In this document: positions 16,604-24,000 of the stretch, in pieces
Layout: every line of letters begins with the position of its first letter
Position numbering within the stretch: the stretch's first letter is position 1
Assembly (NCBI GenBank): GCA_023413135.1
Contig: JAEZQK010000061.1
Coordinates: forward strand, 25,265-49,264
Reading direction: 5' to 3'
Origin: Bacillota bacterium
GTDB taxonomy: Bacteria > Bacillota > Clostridia > Christensenellales > Aristaeellaceae
DNA: 24,000 nucleotides
The notes under the pieces: generated by a model
The model's input: only the letters and a program-made list of their open reading frames with translations
Databases searched by the model: none
What the model was told of the DNA's origin: nothing
Position numbers and translations under genes: made by a program

Positions 16604-16668
16604 GACAGCGGCGCAGGGGAAACCGTCTGCGCCACTGCCGTGCTTTTTCCCCTCAGGCTACAGCCTGA
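16604..16668 (-). promoter_or_regulatory. Intra-operon hairpins between oppA and oppB
   Basis: Minus strand: TCAGGC-tgta-GCCTGA (16668-16653). A second hairpin, GGCAGTGGCGCAG/CTGCGCCGCTGTC (16639-16604), is a 13-bp stem with 2 mismatches. Confidence 0.4.
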
Positions 16669-16671
16669 CGG

Positions 16672-18291
16672 TTATTTTTTGACGACGTTCTTGTAGATGC
16701 GGTTGATGCCCACGGAATGGAATTCAATGCCCTCCACGCCGGCTTTGATCATTTCGGCGTTGCCCTTCTGGTACACGGGCCAGATGACGGCTTCATCCAT
16801 AACGATCTTCTCGGCGCCCTTCAAGGCTTCCCAGCGGGCAACAACGTCCAGGGCCAGTTCGCCCTTCTTGGCGGACTCGATGACGGCGTCATATTCGGGA
16901 TTGCTCCAGAAGCCGTAGTTGTTGGGGCTGCCGGTGGTCCACATATCCAGGTAGGTCATGGGATCGGCATAGTCCGGGCCCCAACGGGTGAGGCCAAGCT
17001 CGAAGTCGCCATCTTGCATGCGCTCCACGCGGTTCTTTTTGGGCATGGTCAACAGCTCGATGGTGATGCCGGGCAGGTTGGTCTGGATCTCAGCTTGGAT
17101 GAACTGTGCCACGTTGATGGCGGACTCGGTGTCTTCCACCACCATGGAGTACTTGAGCTCGCTGACACCAAGCTCTGCCTTGGCTTCTTCCCAAAGCTTC
17201 TGGGCTTCTTCCTTGTTGGTCGCAAGATAAGGTCCGCCGGCGGTCTCGCGGTAGTCCTTACCGTCGGGGCCGGTAGCCAACAGGGTGGGCACGGCAAAAT
17301 CAGCCACGATGGAGCCATCCTTGAGGATGATATCCGTCACGGCAGACTTGTCAAAGGACATGGCCATGGCCTGGCGGAGCTTGGCGTTCTCCAGGCCCTT
17401 TACCTTCTGGTTGGGGGAGATGTACCACAGATAGCCGGCCATAATGTTGTGGAACTCGGGATCGTCCTGGAACAGTTCCACCTGCTCACCGGAGAGGGTG
17501 GCAACATCCAGATCGCCGTTCTGGTAAGACAGCATAGCCTGCTGGGAATCCTTGATCACAAGGAACGTGATGCCGCCCAGCGATACTTTGTCGGCATCAT
17601 AATAGGTGGGGTTCTTCACAAGCTTGATGGTGGTGGCGGCGGGCTCATAGGCTTCCACAACGAAGGGGCCATTGGCCAGCAGCGTTTCGGGAGAAGTGGC
17701 ATACGTATCCCCGGCAGCAGTGAAGAAGGCTTCGTTCACCGGCAGGAAGGAGGGGAATGCCATCAGGGACTCAAAATAGGGCACGGGAACGTCCAGCTTG
17801 ACTTCCAGGGTCTTGTCGTCAACAGCCGTAACGCCCAGATCCGTCACGGGCTTTTCACCCTTGCTGATAGCGCCGGCGTTCACGAAACCGGCGATTTCGG
17901 CGATGAAGGCATACTCGCTGGCAACAGCGGGATCAACCAGCCGCCTCCAGGCGAACACGAAGTCATTGGCAGTCACGGGGGTGCCGTTGGACCAAGCCGC
18001 ATCCTTCAGCTTGAAGGTGTATGTCATGCCATCGGCGCTCTTTTCGGCAGATTCGGCCATTGCCAGAATGGGGCTGCCGGCTGCATCAATGGAATACAGG
18101 CCTTCGGTAATGGCGGCCTGCACTTCAAAAGAAGTACCGTCGGTTGCAATTTGGGGATCCATGGATGCAACTTCCACATCCAGGTGCACATTCAGAATGG
18201 GGCCCGCAGCTTCGGCCAGGGACACAGTGGGCACGCCCAAGAGCATCGCAGCGGCCAACAGGAGAACCAGCAGTTGTTTGCCCAGCTTCAT
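16672..18291 (-). CDS. oppA: Extracellular peptide-binding protein (ABC family 5 SBP)
   Basis: The ORF is trimmed to MKLGKQLLVLLLAAAMLLGVPTVSLAEA (signal peptide) at ATG 18291, with GAGGAGG SD. The mature region is family-5 SBP-like. Confidence 0.9.
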   Translation of the reverse strand: MKLGKQLLVLLLAAAMLLGVPTVSLAEAAGPILNVHLDVEVASMDPQIATDGTSFEVQAAITEGLYSIDAAGSPILAMAESAEKSADGMTYTFKLKDAAWSNGTPVTANDFVFAWRRLVDPAVASEYAFIAEIAGFVNAGAISKGEKPVTDLGVTAVDDKTLEVKLDVPVPYFESLMAFPSFLPVNEAFFTAAGDTYATSPETLLANGPFVVEAYEPAATTIKLVKNPTYYDADKVSLGGITFLVIKDSQQAMLSYQNGDLDVATLSGEQVELFQDDPEFHNIMAGYLWYISPNQKVKGLENAKLRQAMAMSFDKSAVTDIILKDGSIVADFAVPTLLATGPDGKDYRETAGGPYLATNKEEAQKLWEEAKAELGVSELKYSMVVEDTESAINVAQFIQAEIQTNLPGITIELLTMPKKNRVERMQDGDFELGLTRWGPDYADPMTYLDMWTTGSPNNYGFWSNPEYDAVIESAKKGELALDVVARWEALKGAEKIVMDEAVIWPVYQKGNAEMIKAGVEGIEFHSVGINRIYKNVVKK

Positions 18292-18399
18292 ATGGTCTGC
18301 CTCCTCGAATATTTCATCTCTCTCTATTTCATATTGCCGGCATTGGCGCTGGTCCAAGCAAGGACAGGCCTTTGCCCCTACAGAGAAATATGATATTTA

Positions 18400-18427
18400 A
18401 GTATACGTTATTTTGTGAAAATGTCAA
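18400..18427 (-). promoter_or_regulatory. Candidate opp operon promoter
   Basis: Minus strand: TTGACA (18427-18422), 16 nt spacer, TATACT (18405-18400). It lies about 100 nt upstream of the oppA ATG. Confidence 0.5.
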
Positions 18428-18685
18428 GAATCGCCCCTTGTGAAATGCACAAAAAGAACATCGATCAAAGCCTTATTCTTCTTCAGCTTTTTCACAATTT
18501 GTAGTATAATAAATATTTTATTCGTATGCATCACATAGAGATTTTATTCATAATTCATATCTATATAGGCAACGGGTGTATGCTCTTGACGCCTGGATAT
18601 GCACATGGCTATGCTATTTGCAAATGCAGGATCGTCTCGGGAACAATGCATATACATTCTTTTTGACATGTTATGCACATTTGGA

Positions 18686-20176
18686 TTATGGCATCCTCTG
18701 CATGACCGTATGGAACAGTGTCAAGCCATAAGCGGACTTGAACGGCGGGCCTTCCAGCATGCGATAGGTATTGCTTCCATCCCGGCTCCGCTGCGCCTTT
18801 AAGAACAATGTGTCGCTGGATGAGTGTTCGTATACGTCCATGGCGTAGCCGTACAAATGCGTCACAAAAATGACCAGGACCTGGGATTCCATAAGTGCCG
18901 GAACGATCTCCCCCGCAAGGCGCTTTGCGTCGCCGGGCGTGGTTGTCTGGAACGATTCGTTCATCAAAAGCAGCGCTCCGGGCCGCAAATCATCCACCAG
19001 TCCGCTAAGCTTTCTTAGCTCCACCTCCAGAAGGCCCATTTGCATGCGGGAATCCTCCCCGTTGGGGAAATGTGTGAATATGCCTGTGTACACCGGGCAA
19101 AGGTATTGTTTTGCCGTAATGAACATGCCGCACTGAGCCAGTAATTGGGCAAGGCCTACACTGCGCAGGAACGTGGTCTTTCCGCCCTGGTTGGGCCCGG
19201 TAATCAAGACCTGGCGCTTTTTCGAAAAGCATAGATCGTTGCCGGCCGGTACGTTTTCCTCTTTCAGCGCAAGCCCTGCATCCACTAGCAGTGCCGCCTC
19301 ATGTCGCCCTTCCACAAATTCCGGATAGCAGACCGGCACGTCAAGGGATGCAAGCCTTTGGTGCAGCCTTATGCAGCCGACAAAGAATTTCATTTGAAAT
19401 TCCAGCTTTTCTAAAAAGCGCTGCACCGCCCTGTTAAAGCCTGTGATGGTCGCGAGGACGGGTGCCAGCGCCTTTTCCGTAATCTCCTGCGCATTTTGGA
19501 TCAGCGTGATGCTGTTGAGGGGGATCACAGCGCCCCGGGCCGCAAAGGATAAGCGGGTCTTTTTCTCCGGTCCCATAACCCTGTTCAGCACGACATCCGC
19601 CTGCTTGAGCCCATCTCCGATCCGGCCGCTGATCCAAACGCCGCACCCCTGCCGGAGGGCTAACAATTCCTCTATCCGCGATTGGATGCTGGAAAGGTAT
19701 TCATCTGAAAGCGTGTCCTGTACCGCATCGCATAAATGAAGCAAACCATCTGCCTTAAAATTGCACCTGTGCCGGCTCAAGAGCGATTTCAGCTTATGCA
19801 GGCCCTGAATGAATATCCTGGCGATCTCCGTTTCATTGACAATTTTATTGCTGTTTGAAATCACCTTGTCGTATTTGGGTTTCACATACTCGACGTACTT
19901 TTGCATACGTTCCAGCGTCCCTCTGGTCTCCGTCCATAGCGATTCAAAGGCTTCCCCGTTTTTCACCGCATCCCTTACCACCAAATTGCGCATCTGGATG
20001 GAGTGTGCATCGGTAAGCGGATTCGTCAAAACCGCCGCGCAAGCATCGTAAACAGATTTGTCGCCACCGGACATCACACCAAGAAGGATATCCAGCTTCA
20101 AATCCCTGATGAGATCCTTGGCCCTGGGTGTTTGCTCCCCGAGCGGAGCATCCATAAACAACAGATCAAATTCCAT
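18686..20176 (-). CDS. MutS-family ATPase, domain-V-only paralog (B)
   Basis: The ORF is trimmed to MEFDLLFMDAPL... at ATG 20176, with AAGGAG SD, and overlaps the upstream paralog by 11 nt. It has Walker A ITGPNQGGKTTFLRSVG, Walker B-like LLLMNESF and a VTHL motif. It has no mismatch-binding domain I and no Smr or nuclease domain. Confidence 0.85.
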   Translation of the reverse strand: MEFDLLFMDAPLGEQTPRAKDLIRDLKLDILLGVMSGGDKSVYDACAAVLTNPLTDAHSIQMRNLVVRDAVKNGEAFESLWTETRGTLERMQKYVEYVKPKYDKVISNSNKIVNETEIARIFIQGLHKLKSLLSRHRCNFKADGLLHLCDAVQDTLSDEYLSSIQSRIEELLALRQGCGVWISGRIGDGLKQADVVLNRVMGPEKKTRLSFAARGAVIPLNSITLIQNAQEITEKALAPVLATITGFNRAVQRFLEKLEFQMKFFVGCIRLHQRLASLDVPVCYPEFVEGRHEAALLVDAGLALKEENVPAGNDLCFSKKRQVLITGPNQGGKTTFLRSVGLAQLLAQCGMFITAKQYLCPVYTGIFTHFPNGEDSRMQMGLLEVELRKLSGLVDDLRPGALLLMNESFQTTTPGDAKRLAGEIVPALMESQVLVIFVTHLYGYAMDVYEHSSSDTLFLKAQRSRDGSNTYRMLEGPPFKSAYGLTLFHTVMQRMP

Positions 20177-21797
20177 TTGCGATCCGCTCCTTGATTTTTG
20201 TCGCGGTAAGGTGGTGCCTGCACGCGATTTCATTGGCGTACGCCTGTCCGTCGGGTTCCGCCCGTATAATCTTGTACATCCGCTGCCCGCTTGTCTTTTC
20301 TATCTGTGCCACCATGCTTACGGCATGCTGTAACCGCAGCCCGTCTATGTGCGTGACGCATACAACGTGAGCCCCCGCCTCCGCGAGCAGTTCCAGCGTG
20401 CGGCCGGCCATATCCAAGGCGTCCTGGGCGGTGGCAGAGGAAAAAAGCTCGTTGAGGATCACCATGCTGTTTTTCCCGGCGCCTTGCAGGATGGGCCTGA
20501 GCCTTAATAGCTCCTCCTTGAGCTTGCCGTTGTCCACGGTGGCATCCTCCGCCTGGGTAAACTGCGAAAAAATGGCATTATACAGCGGCAGGCATGCCCG
20601 CTGACACGGAACAGGCAGCCCCAGCGCCGTAAGCACCGCAATCTGCCCGATGCTCCTGGCATATGTCGTCTTGCCGCCCTGGTTCGCGCCTGTGATGACC
20701 GCGCTTTTTTCCTCCTGTGACAAAATGAAATCATTGGGCACCACCGTATCGGTACCGATGGCAAGTGCCAGGTCGTACGCACCCTCGAGGAAGACTTCCC
20801 TCTTCACGGCGATTTCCGGATATGTGAAGACGTGACCTTTGCCGCGCAGCATAATCATTAAGTCCAGGTACAGGAAATAAAACCGGATTTCCTTTACAAA
20901 GCGCCCGATAAACGGCACCGGGAGAATCGATGTTTCCTCCGCGGCTTCGTGCGCTTCTTGGAAAACCTTTGGATGCTTTTCCATCAGCGCCTTGATGATC
21001 ATCACTTCCAAAGGAGACAGCTCTACCTGCCTGAAAGGGAGTATCTCCATCTGCCTTTCGCCAATCTCCGTGCCCCACCTTGCATTTGTATCAAAATCCT
21101 GATACAGGGCTTGTGCGTAATCAGCCGTATCCGCCTCAAAATCCACATGCAGGATGCCGTCATTCACGCGAAGGCTGTATGAAATCCGCTCTAGCGCGTT
21201 CTTGGCCCGTAAGGCATGATCCTCCAGCTTCTTAAACCGCGCTTCTTTTATATAAGCCCGAACCGCGTCCAGAAAGCCCGTGAGGCCCTGGGACCGGATC
21301 GGCAGCGTGGATGTTTGATCAAGCAGATTCTGAATGGCAGCACAGTAAACAGCGGTACCATCCAGCGCATATTTGTCCCTCTGACTGGGATGGTGCGCCT
21401 GCCTGCCATATTGAAGGAGCCTTCCCGCCTTTGCCATGGACTGAAGAAATGTTCGAAAAGCGCTGCCTGTCTTTGTTTCCTCCAGTGCCCGCATCACTTC
21501 CTGGCGGTAAAGCACCATGGCGGCATCGGGGCAAAAATGATAAAACAACTCCCGCAGTTCCTCATCAGCTTCATGGCATAGCACATTATCCATGACCTGA
21601 TCCAGGTTCAGGTCCAGATAAAGTCCCGGGCGCATAGGCGCATCCGGTTTGCCCACCTTTGGCGCCAACATGATCTTGTTGCCGCGAACAGTATACTTTT
21701 CTCCTTTTTTATCATCCGCCCGTTCTGTCAGCCAGGGATGGTTCCCGGACCGCGCCTCATCTTCCAAAGAGGGAAACAAAATGCTGTAAAACGCCAT
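20166..21797 (-). CDS. MutS-family ATPase, domain-V-only paralog (A)
   Basis: The ORF is trimmed to MAFYSILFPSLED... at ATG 21797, with AAGGAG SD. It has Walker A ITGANQGGKTTYARSIG, Walker B-like MVILNELF and a VTHI motif. It has no domain I and no Smr domain. Confidence 0.85.
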   Translation of the reverse strand: MAFYSILFPSLEDEARSGNHPWLTERADDKKGEKYTVRGNKIMLAPKVGKPDAPMRPGLYLDLNLDQVMDNVLCHEADEELRELFYHFCPDAAMVLYRQEVMRALEETKTGSAFRTFLQSMAKAGRLLQYGRQAHHPSQRDKYALDGTAVYCAAIQNLLDQTSTLPIRSQGLTGFLDAVRAYIKEARFKKLEDHALRAKNALERISYSLRVNDGILHVDFEADTADYAQALYQDFDTNARWGTEIGERQMEILPFRQVELSPLEVMIIKALMEKHPKVFQEAHEAAEETSILPVPFIGRFVKEIRFYFLYLDLMIMLRGKGHVFTYPEIAVKREVFLEGAYDLALAIGTDTVVPNDFILSQEEKSAVITGANQGGKTTYARSIGQIAVLTALGLPVPCQRACLPLYNAIFSQFTQAEDATVDNGKLKEELLRLRPILQGAGKNSMVILNELFSSATAQDALDMAGRTLELLAEAGAHVVCVTHIDGLRLQHAVSMVAQIEKTSGQRMYKIIRAEPDGQAYANEIACRHHLTATKIKERIANGI

Positions 21798-21835
21798 AGT
21801 AGCTGCTCCTTGCCTTGGCTTTCCGCCGCACATAT

Positions 21836-21866
21836 AGCATAGACCCTGACGCATGTGCAGAGTCAA
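21836..21866 (-). promoter_or_regulatory. MerR-type promoter (19-bp spacer with dyad) for the MutS-like pair
   Basis: Minus strand: TTGACT (21866-21861), 19 nt spacer, TATGCT (21841-21836). The imperfect dyad GACTCTG-N9-CAGGGTC spans the spacer. Confidence 0.5.
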
Positions 21867-21936
21867 CAATATCTTTTCTTCCTCTTGATAATGGCATATA
21901 ATGATGGTATGAAATGCGGCAAAGGGAGTTTCGAAT

Positions 21937-22383
21937 ATGAAAATGAAAATCGGCGAATTTGCGGCCTTCAGCGATGTATCCATCCGTGCGCTGCGCTTAT
22001 ACGATAGAATAGGGCTATTGAAGCCCTCCTTTGTGGATAAGGAATCCGGCTACCGGTATTATCTTCCCGACCAGATACAGACGCTTTACACCATCGTAAG
22101 CTTCAAGAAGGTCGGTTTTTCCCTCAAAGAAATCAAGGAGATGATATCCGCCCATCTTGACCGGGAGGCTGTGATCAAACGGCTGCGTGCAAAGCAGCGG
22201 GAAAATGAGCGTACCGCAGCCATATGCCAATACAATATGGAGAATATTCAAAAAATGCTGGACGCGCTGTCCGCTGCTCCCGAAGAGCCTGATGATCAAA
22301 AGCAAGCCCAGCGCCTTTCCCGGATCGCTTGCCTGGATAATGATAAGCTGGAACACGATTTTTCACAGATCCTGTGGCTGTAG
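21937..22383 (+). CDS. MerR family transcriptional regulator
   Basis: The 148-aa ORF begins MKMKIGEFAAFSDVSIRALRLYDRIGLLKP...GYRYY, followed by a coiled-coil. AAAGGGAG SD lies upstream. Confidence 0.9.
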   Translation: MKMKIGEFAAFSDVSIRALRLYDRIGLLKPSFVDKESGYRYYLPDQIQTLYTIVSFKKVGFSLKEIKEMISAHLDREAVIKRLRAKQRENERTAAICQYNMENIQKMLDALSAAPEEPDDQKQAQRLSRIACLDNDKLEHDFSQILWL

Positions 22384-22411
22384 GACACCTTTGCCGAATC
22401 ATTCCCATCCA

Positions 22412-22440
22412 TTGCGTTTTTTTCGGATCATTGCTATAAT
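22412..22440 (+). promoter_or_regulatory. Candidate promoter of the GntR/RCK_C regulator
   Basis: TTGCGT (22412-22417), 17 nt spacer, TATAAT (22435-22440). Confidence 0.5.
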
Positions 22441-22496
22441 ATTTCCGATTCGGGCAGGATGTGTTTGAAATATTCCCTGCCAAAGGACGCGTGATT

Positions 22497-23123
22497 ATGA
22501 CCGGCTCCGTCACATCCCCCGTCTACTCCCAGATCGCTTTGGACATCGCCCTGCGCATTGTAAGAGGCGAGCTGAAGGAAAACACGAAGGTATATGGCCG
22601 TTCCACAATGGCCTCCGAATACGGCGTTTCCCCCGAAACCATCCGGCGGGCCATGAAGCTGCTGGAGGATATGGAGATCATTGAAGTACGCCAGAACAGC
22701 GGCGTGGTGATCCTCTCCAGCGAAAAAGCCAGGCTGTATGTGGATAAACATAGCGAGCAGAACGACATCCGCCTTCGGCAAAAGGAATTGAACCAATTGC
22801 TTTTGCAGCAGGTGGAACTGGTGCGGCGCATTGAGGATGTGGCCGGTTCCATCGTGCACATCAACGAGCGCTTTTCTAAGACCACCCCCTTTTTAAATTA
22901 TGAGGCTGTACTGCCGGAAGGATGTCCCCTGATCGGAAAGAATCTGGGCGAACTGAAGTTCTGGCAGCAGACGGGGGCCACCGTCATCGCCATCCGCCGG
23001 AAGGACAGGATCATTCTTTCCCCGGGCCCCTATGCCACCCTGGAGGAAAAGGATGTCCTGCTGTTTGTGGGCGATCTGAACTGTCCACGCGCGGTCAGCA
23101 CATTCCTGACACAAGGCTACTGA
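22497..23123 (+). CDS. busR: GntR-family regulator with C-terminal TrkA-C/RCK_C domain (BusR-like)
   Basis: The N-terminal wHTH reads YSQIALDIALRIVRGELKENTKVYGRSTMASEYGVSPETIRRAMKLLEDMEII, followed by a coiled-coil. The C-terminal GKNLGELKFWQQTGATVIAIRR...ILSPGPYATLEEKDVLLFVGD is RCK_C-like. The start at ATG 22497 is preferred over GTG 22461. Confidence 0.72.
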   Translation: MTGSVTSPVYSQIALDIALRIVRGELKENTKVYGRSTMASEYGVSPETIRRAMKLLEDMEIIEVRQNSGVVILSSEKARLYVDKHSEQNDIRLRQKELNQLLLQQVELVRRIEDVAGSIVHINERFSKTTPFLNYEAVLPEGCPLIGKNLGELKFWQQTGATVIAIRRKDRIILSPGPYATLEEKDVLLFVGDLNCPRAVSTFLTQGY

Positions 23124-23130
23124 ACGATAT

Positions 23131-23156
23131 GGCGCCGAAAATGACGGCGCTTTTTT
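23131..23156 (+). terminator. Rho-independent terminator after the busR-like gene
   Basis: GCGCCG-aaaatga-CGGCGC followed by TTTTTT. Confidence 0.8.
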
Positions 23157-23221
23157 CATATCTGCTCCTTCCGCTGCATATGATCCGTTGTGCGCTTTTG
23201 AGGGGCCCTGTTTTTCGTTGG

Positions 23222-23250
23222 TTGACATCTGACAACTTGTACACTATAAT
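23222..23250 (+). promoter_or_regulatory. Perfect-consensus promoter of the osmoprotectant ABC operon
   Basis: TTGACA (23222-23227), 17 nt spacer, TATAAT (23245-23250). The partial dyad GTTGACATCTGACAAC overlaps the -35. Confidence 0.7.
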
Positions 23251-23297
23251 TAAGTTGCCACTTTTAAGAAATGCATTTTTGTTGAAGGGATGATGAG

Positions 23298-24000
23298 ATG
23301 ATCGAATTTGAGCACGTATATAAAAGCTACGGCCGCAATCTGATCCTGGACGACCTGAGCCTTAGCATCAAAGCCGGGGAGTTCGTAGTATTGATCGGCC
23401 CTAGCGGATGCGGCAAAACCACCACTCTGAAAGCGATCAACCGCTTGATCGAGGCGGACCGCGGCGCCATCCGCATCGGCGGAAAAGATATCAAAGCCCA
23501 GGACCCGGTAGCCCTTCGCCGCACCATTGGGTACGTCATCCAGCAGATCGGATTGTTCCCCAACATGACAGTCGAACAAAACATTGCCGTTGTGCCAAAG
23601 CTTTTGAAACAGCCAAAGGAAAAATGGCGGGAGACGGTGCATTCCCTTTTGGAGCTTGTGAATATGCCCTACGACCAGTATGCCAAAAAGTATCCATCGC
23701 AGTTATCTGGCGGGCAGCAGCAGCGCATCGGCGTGCTTCGGGCACTGGCTGCCTCGCCGCCCATTGTTTTGATGGATGAGCCTTTCGGTGCGCTGGATCC
23801 TATCACGCGGGACTCCCTGCAGGAAGAAATCAAGCGTATTCAAAAAAAGCTGAAGAAAACCATTGTGTTCGTCACCCACGATATGGAGGAAGCGCTGCGC
23901 CTGGCGGATACCATCGTGTTCATGGACTGTGGCAAGATCGTGCAGACGGCTTCACCGGAGGAAATGCTCAAAAGCCCTGCCGCACCCATTGTGCGCAGCT
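23298..24000 (+). CDS. opuCA: Glycine betaine/carnitine/choline-type ABC transporter ATP-binding protein; 3' end runs off the right window edge
   Basis: Absent from the ORF track because it has no in-window stop. My translation reads MIEFEHVYKSYGRNLILDDLSLSIKAGEFVVLIGPSGCGKTTTLKAINRLIE...IGYVIQQIGLFPNMTV...LSGGQQQRIGVLRALAASPPIVLMDEPFGALDP...VFVTHDMEEA. AAGGGA SD lies upstream. Confidence 0.9.
   Translation, partial: MIEFEHVYKSYGRNLILDDLSLSIKAGEFVVLIGPSGCGKTTTLKAINRLIEADRGAIRIGGKDIKAQDPVALRRTIGYVIQQIGLFPNMTVEQNIAVVPKLLKQPKEKWRETVHSLLELVNMPYDQYAKKYPSQLSGGQQQRIGVLRALAASPPIVLMDEPFGALDPITRDSLQEEIKRIQKKLKKTIVFVTHDMEEALRLADTIVFMDCGKIVQTASPEEMLKSPAAPIVRS

Noticed and set aside
18292-18399. Possible long-range pairing in the oppA 5' UTR (ATATTTCTCT with AGAGAtgAAATAT next to the SD) as a riboregulator
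   Set aside because: The pairing is AT-rich, bulged and short. No recognisable riboswitch or T-box core motifs are present.
16717-18400. Plus-strand ORFs of 558 aa and 200 aa antisense to oppA
   Set aside because: Same reasoning as above. The translations are Gly/His-rich low-complexity sequence, and the minus strand encodes a clear signal-peptide-bearing family-5 binding protein.
18440-18700. AT-rich spacer with recurring ATGCAC/TATGCA motifs and possible plus-strand promoters (TTGACG-18-TATGCT, TTGACA-17-TTATGG) pointing antisense into MutS-like paralog B
   Set aside because: The motif spacing is irregular, the -10 elements are weak or the spacer is off, and there is no downstream feature on that strand. 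This could be opp upstream regulatory DNA, but nothing is specific enough to call.
2107-21983. N-terminal extensions of ORF-track entries (ends at 3597, 4931, 6349, 10742, 10113, 11808, 14603, 15664, 18357, 20233, 21983)
   Set aside because: Internal ATG codons preceded by good SD sequences give family-typical N-termini, and several abut or overlap the upstream stop codon. The extended versions add Arg/Gly-rich or nonsense-looking leaders, or start at TTG with no SD.

Overview
The window looks like a moderately high-GC Firmicutes/Clostridia-type chromosome; the taxonomic guess is inference only. All calls come from reading the sequence and the ORF translations; no homology search was run. Most of the window is housekeeping, largely on the minus strand.

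Gene content, left to right:
1. A glycine-cleavage operon, gcvT-gcvH-gcvPA-gcvPB-lplA-lpd (6328 down to 1), sits behind a tandem glycine riboswitch and a near-consensus promoter.
2. An intergenic tract (6634-7016) carries REP-like hairpin repeats.
3. A trxA-rhodanese-CoA-disulfide-reductase/rhodanese sulfur-redox operon spans 9390 down to 7035.
4. A 2H-phosphoesterase gene (thpR-like) is translationally coupled to an unrecognised His/Cys-rich protein.
5. A lone rhaM lies on the plus strand.
6. An AT-richer islet (about 11171-12467) holds the most unusual locus, described below.
7. A five-gene oligopeptide ABC operon (oppABCDF-like, 18291 down to 12597) has a diverged relic of the oppF 3' end just past its stop codon.
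8. Two overlapping MutS-domain-V-only ATPase paralogs (21797 down to 18686) are divergent from a MerR regulator, across a promoter with a 19-bp spacer.
9. A BusR-like GntR/RCK_C regulator is followed by a partial OpuCA-type ABC ATPase.

Candidates for something undescribed:
- **Islet locus (strongest).** A perfect consensus promoter drives a structured leader of about 180 nt with no convincing ORF. The leader ends in a strong intrinsic terminator only 6 nt from the Shine-Dalgarno sequence (SD) of a putative BECR-fold (PBECR-like) nuclease gene. This resembles a type III toxin-antitoxin or riboregulated-toxin layout.
- **MutS-like pair.** The MerR-controlled pair has Asn replacing the Walker B Asp in both proteins.
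- **thpR pair.** thpR is coupled by an ATGA overlap to the CGCG/His-rich protein.

No CRISPR array, rRNA, tRNA, transposase or integrase was seen.
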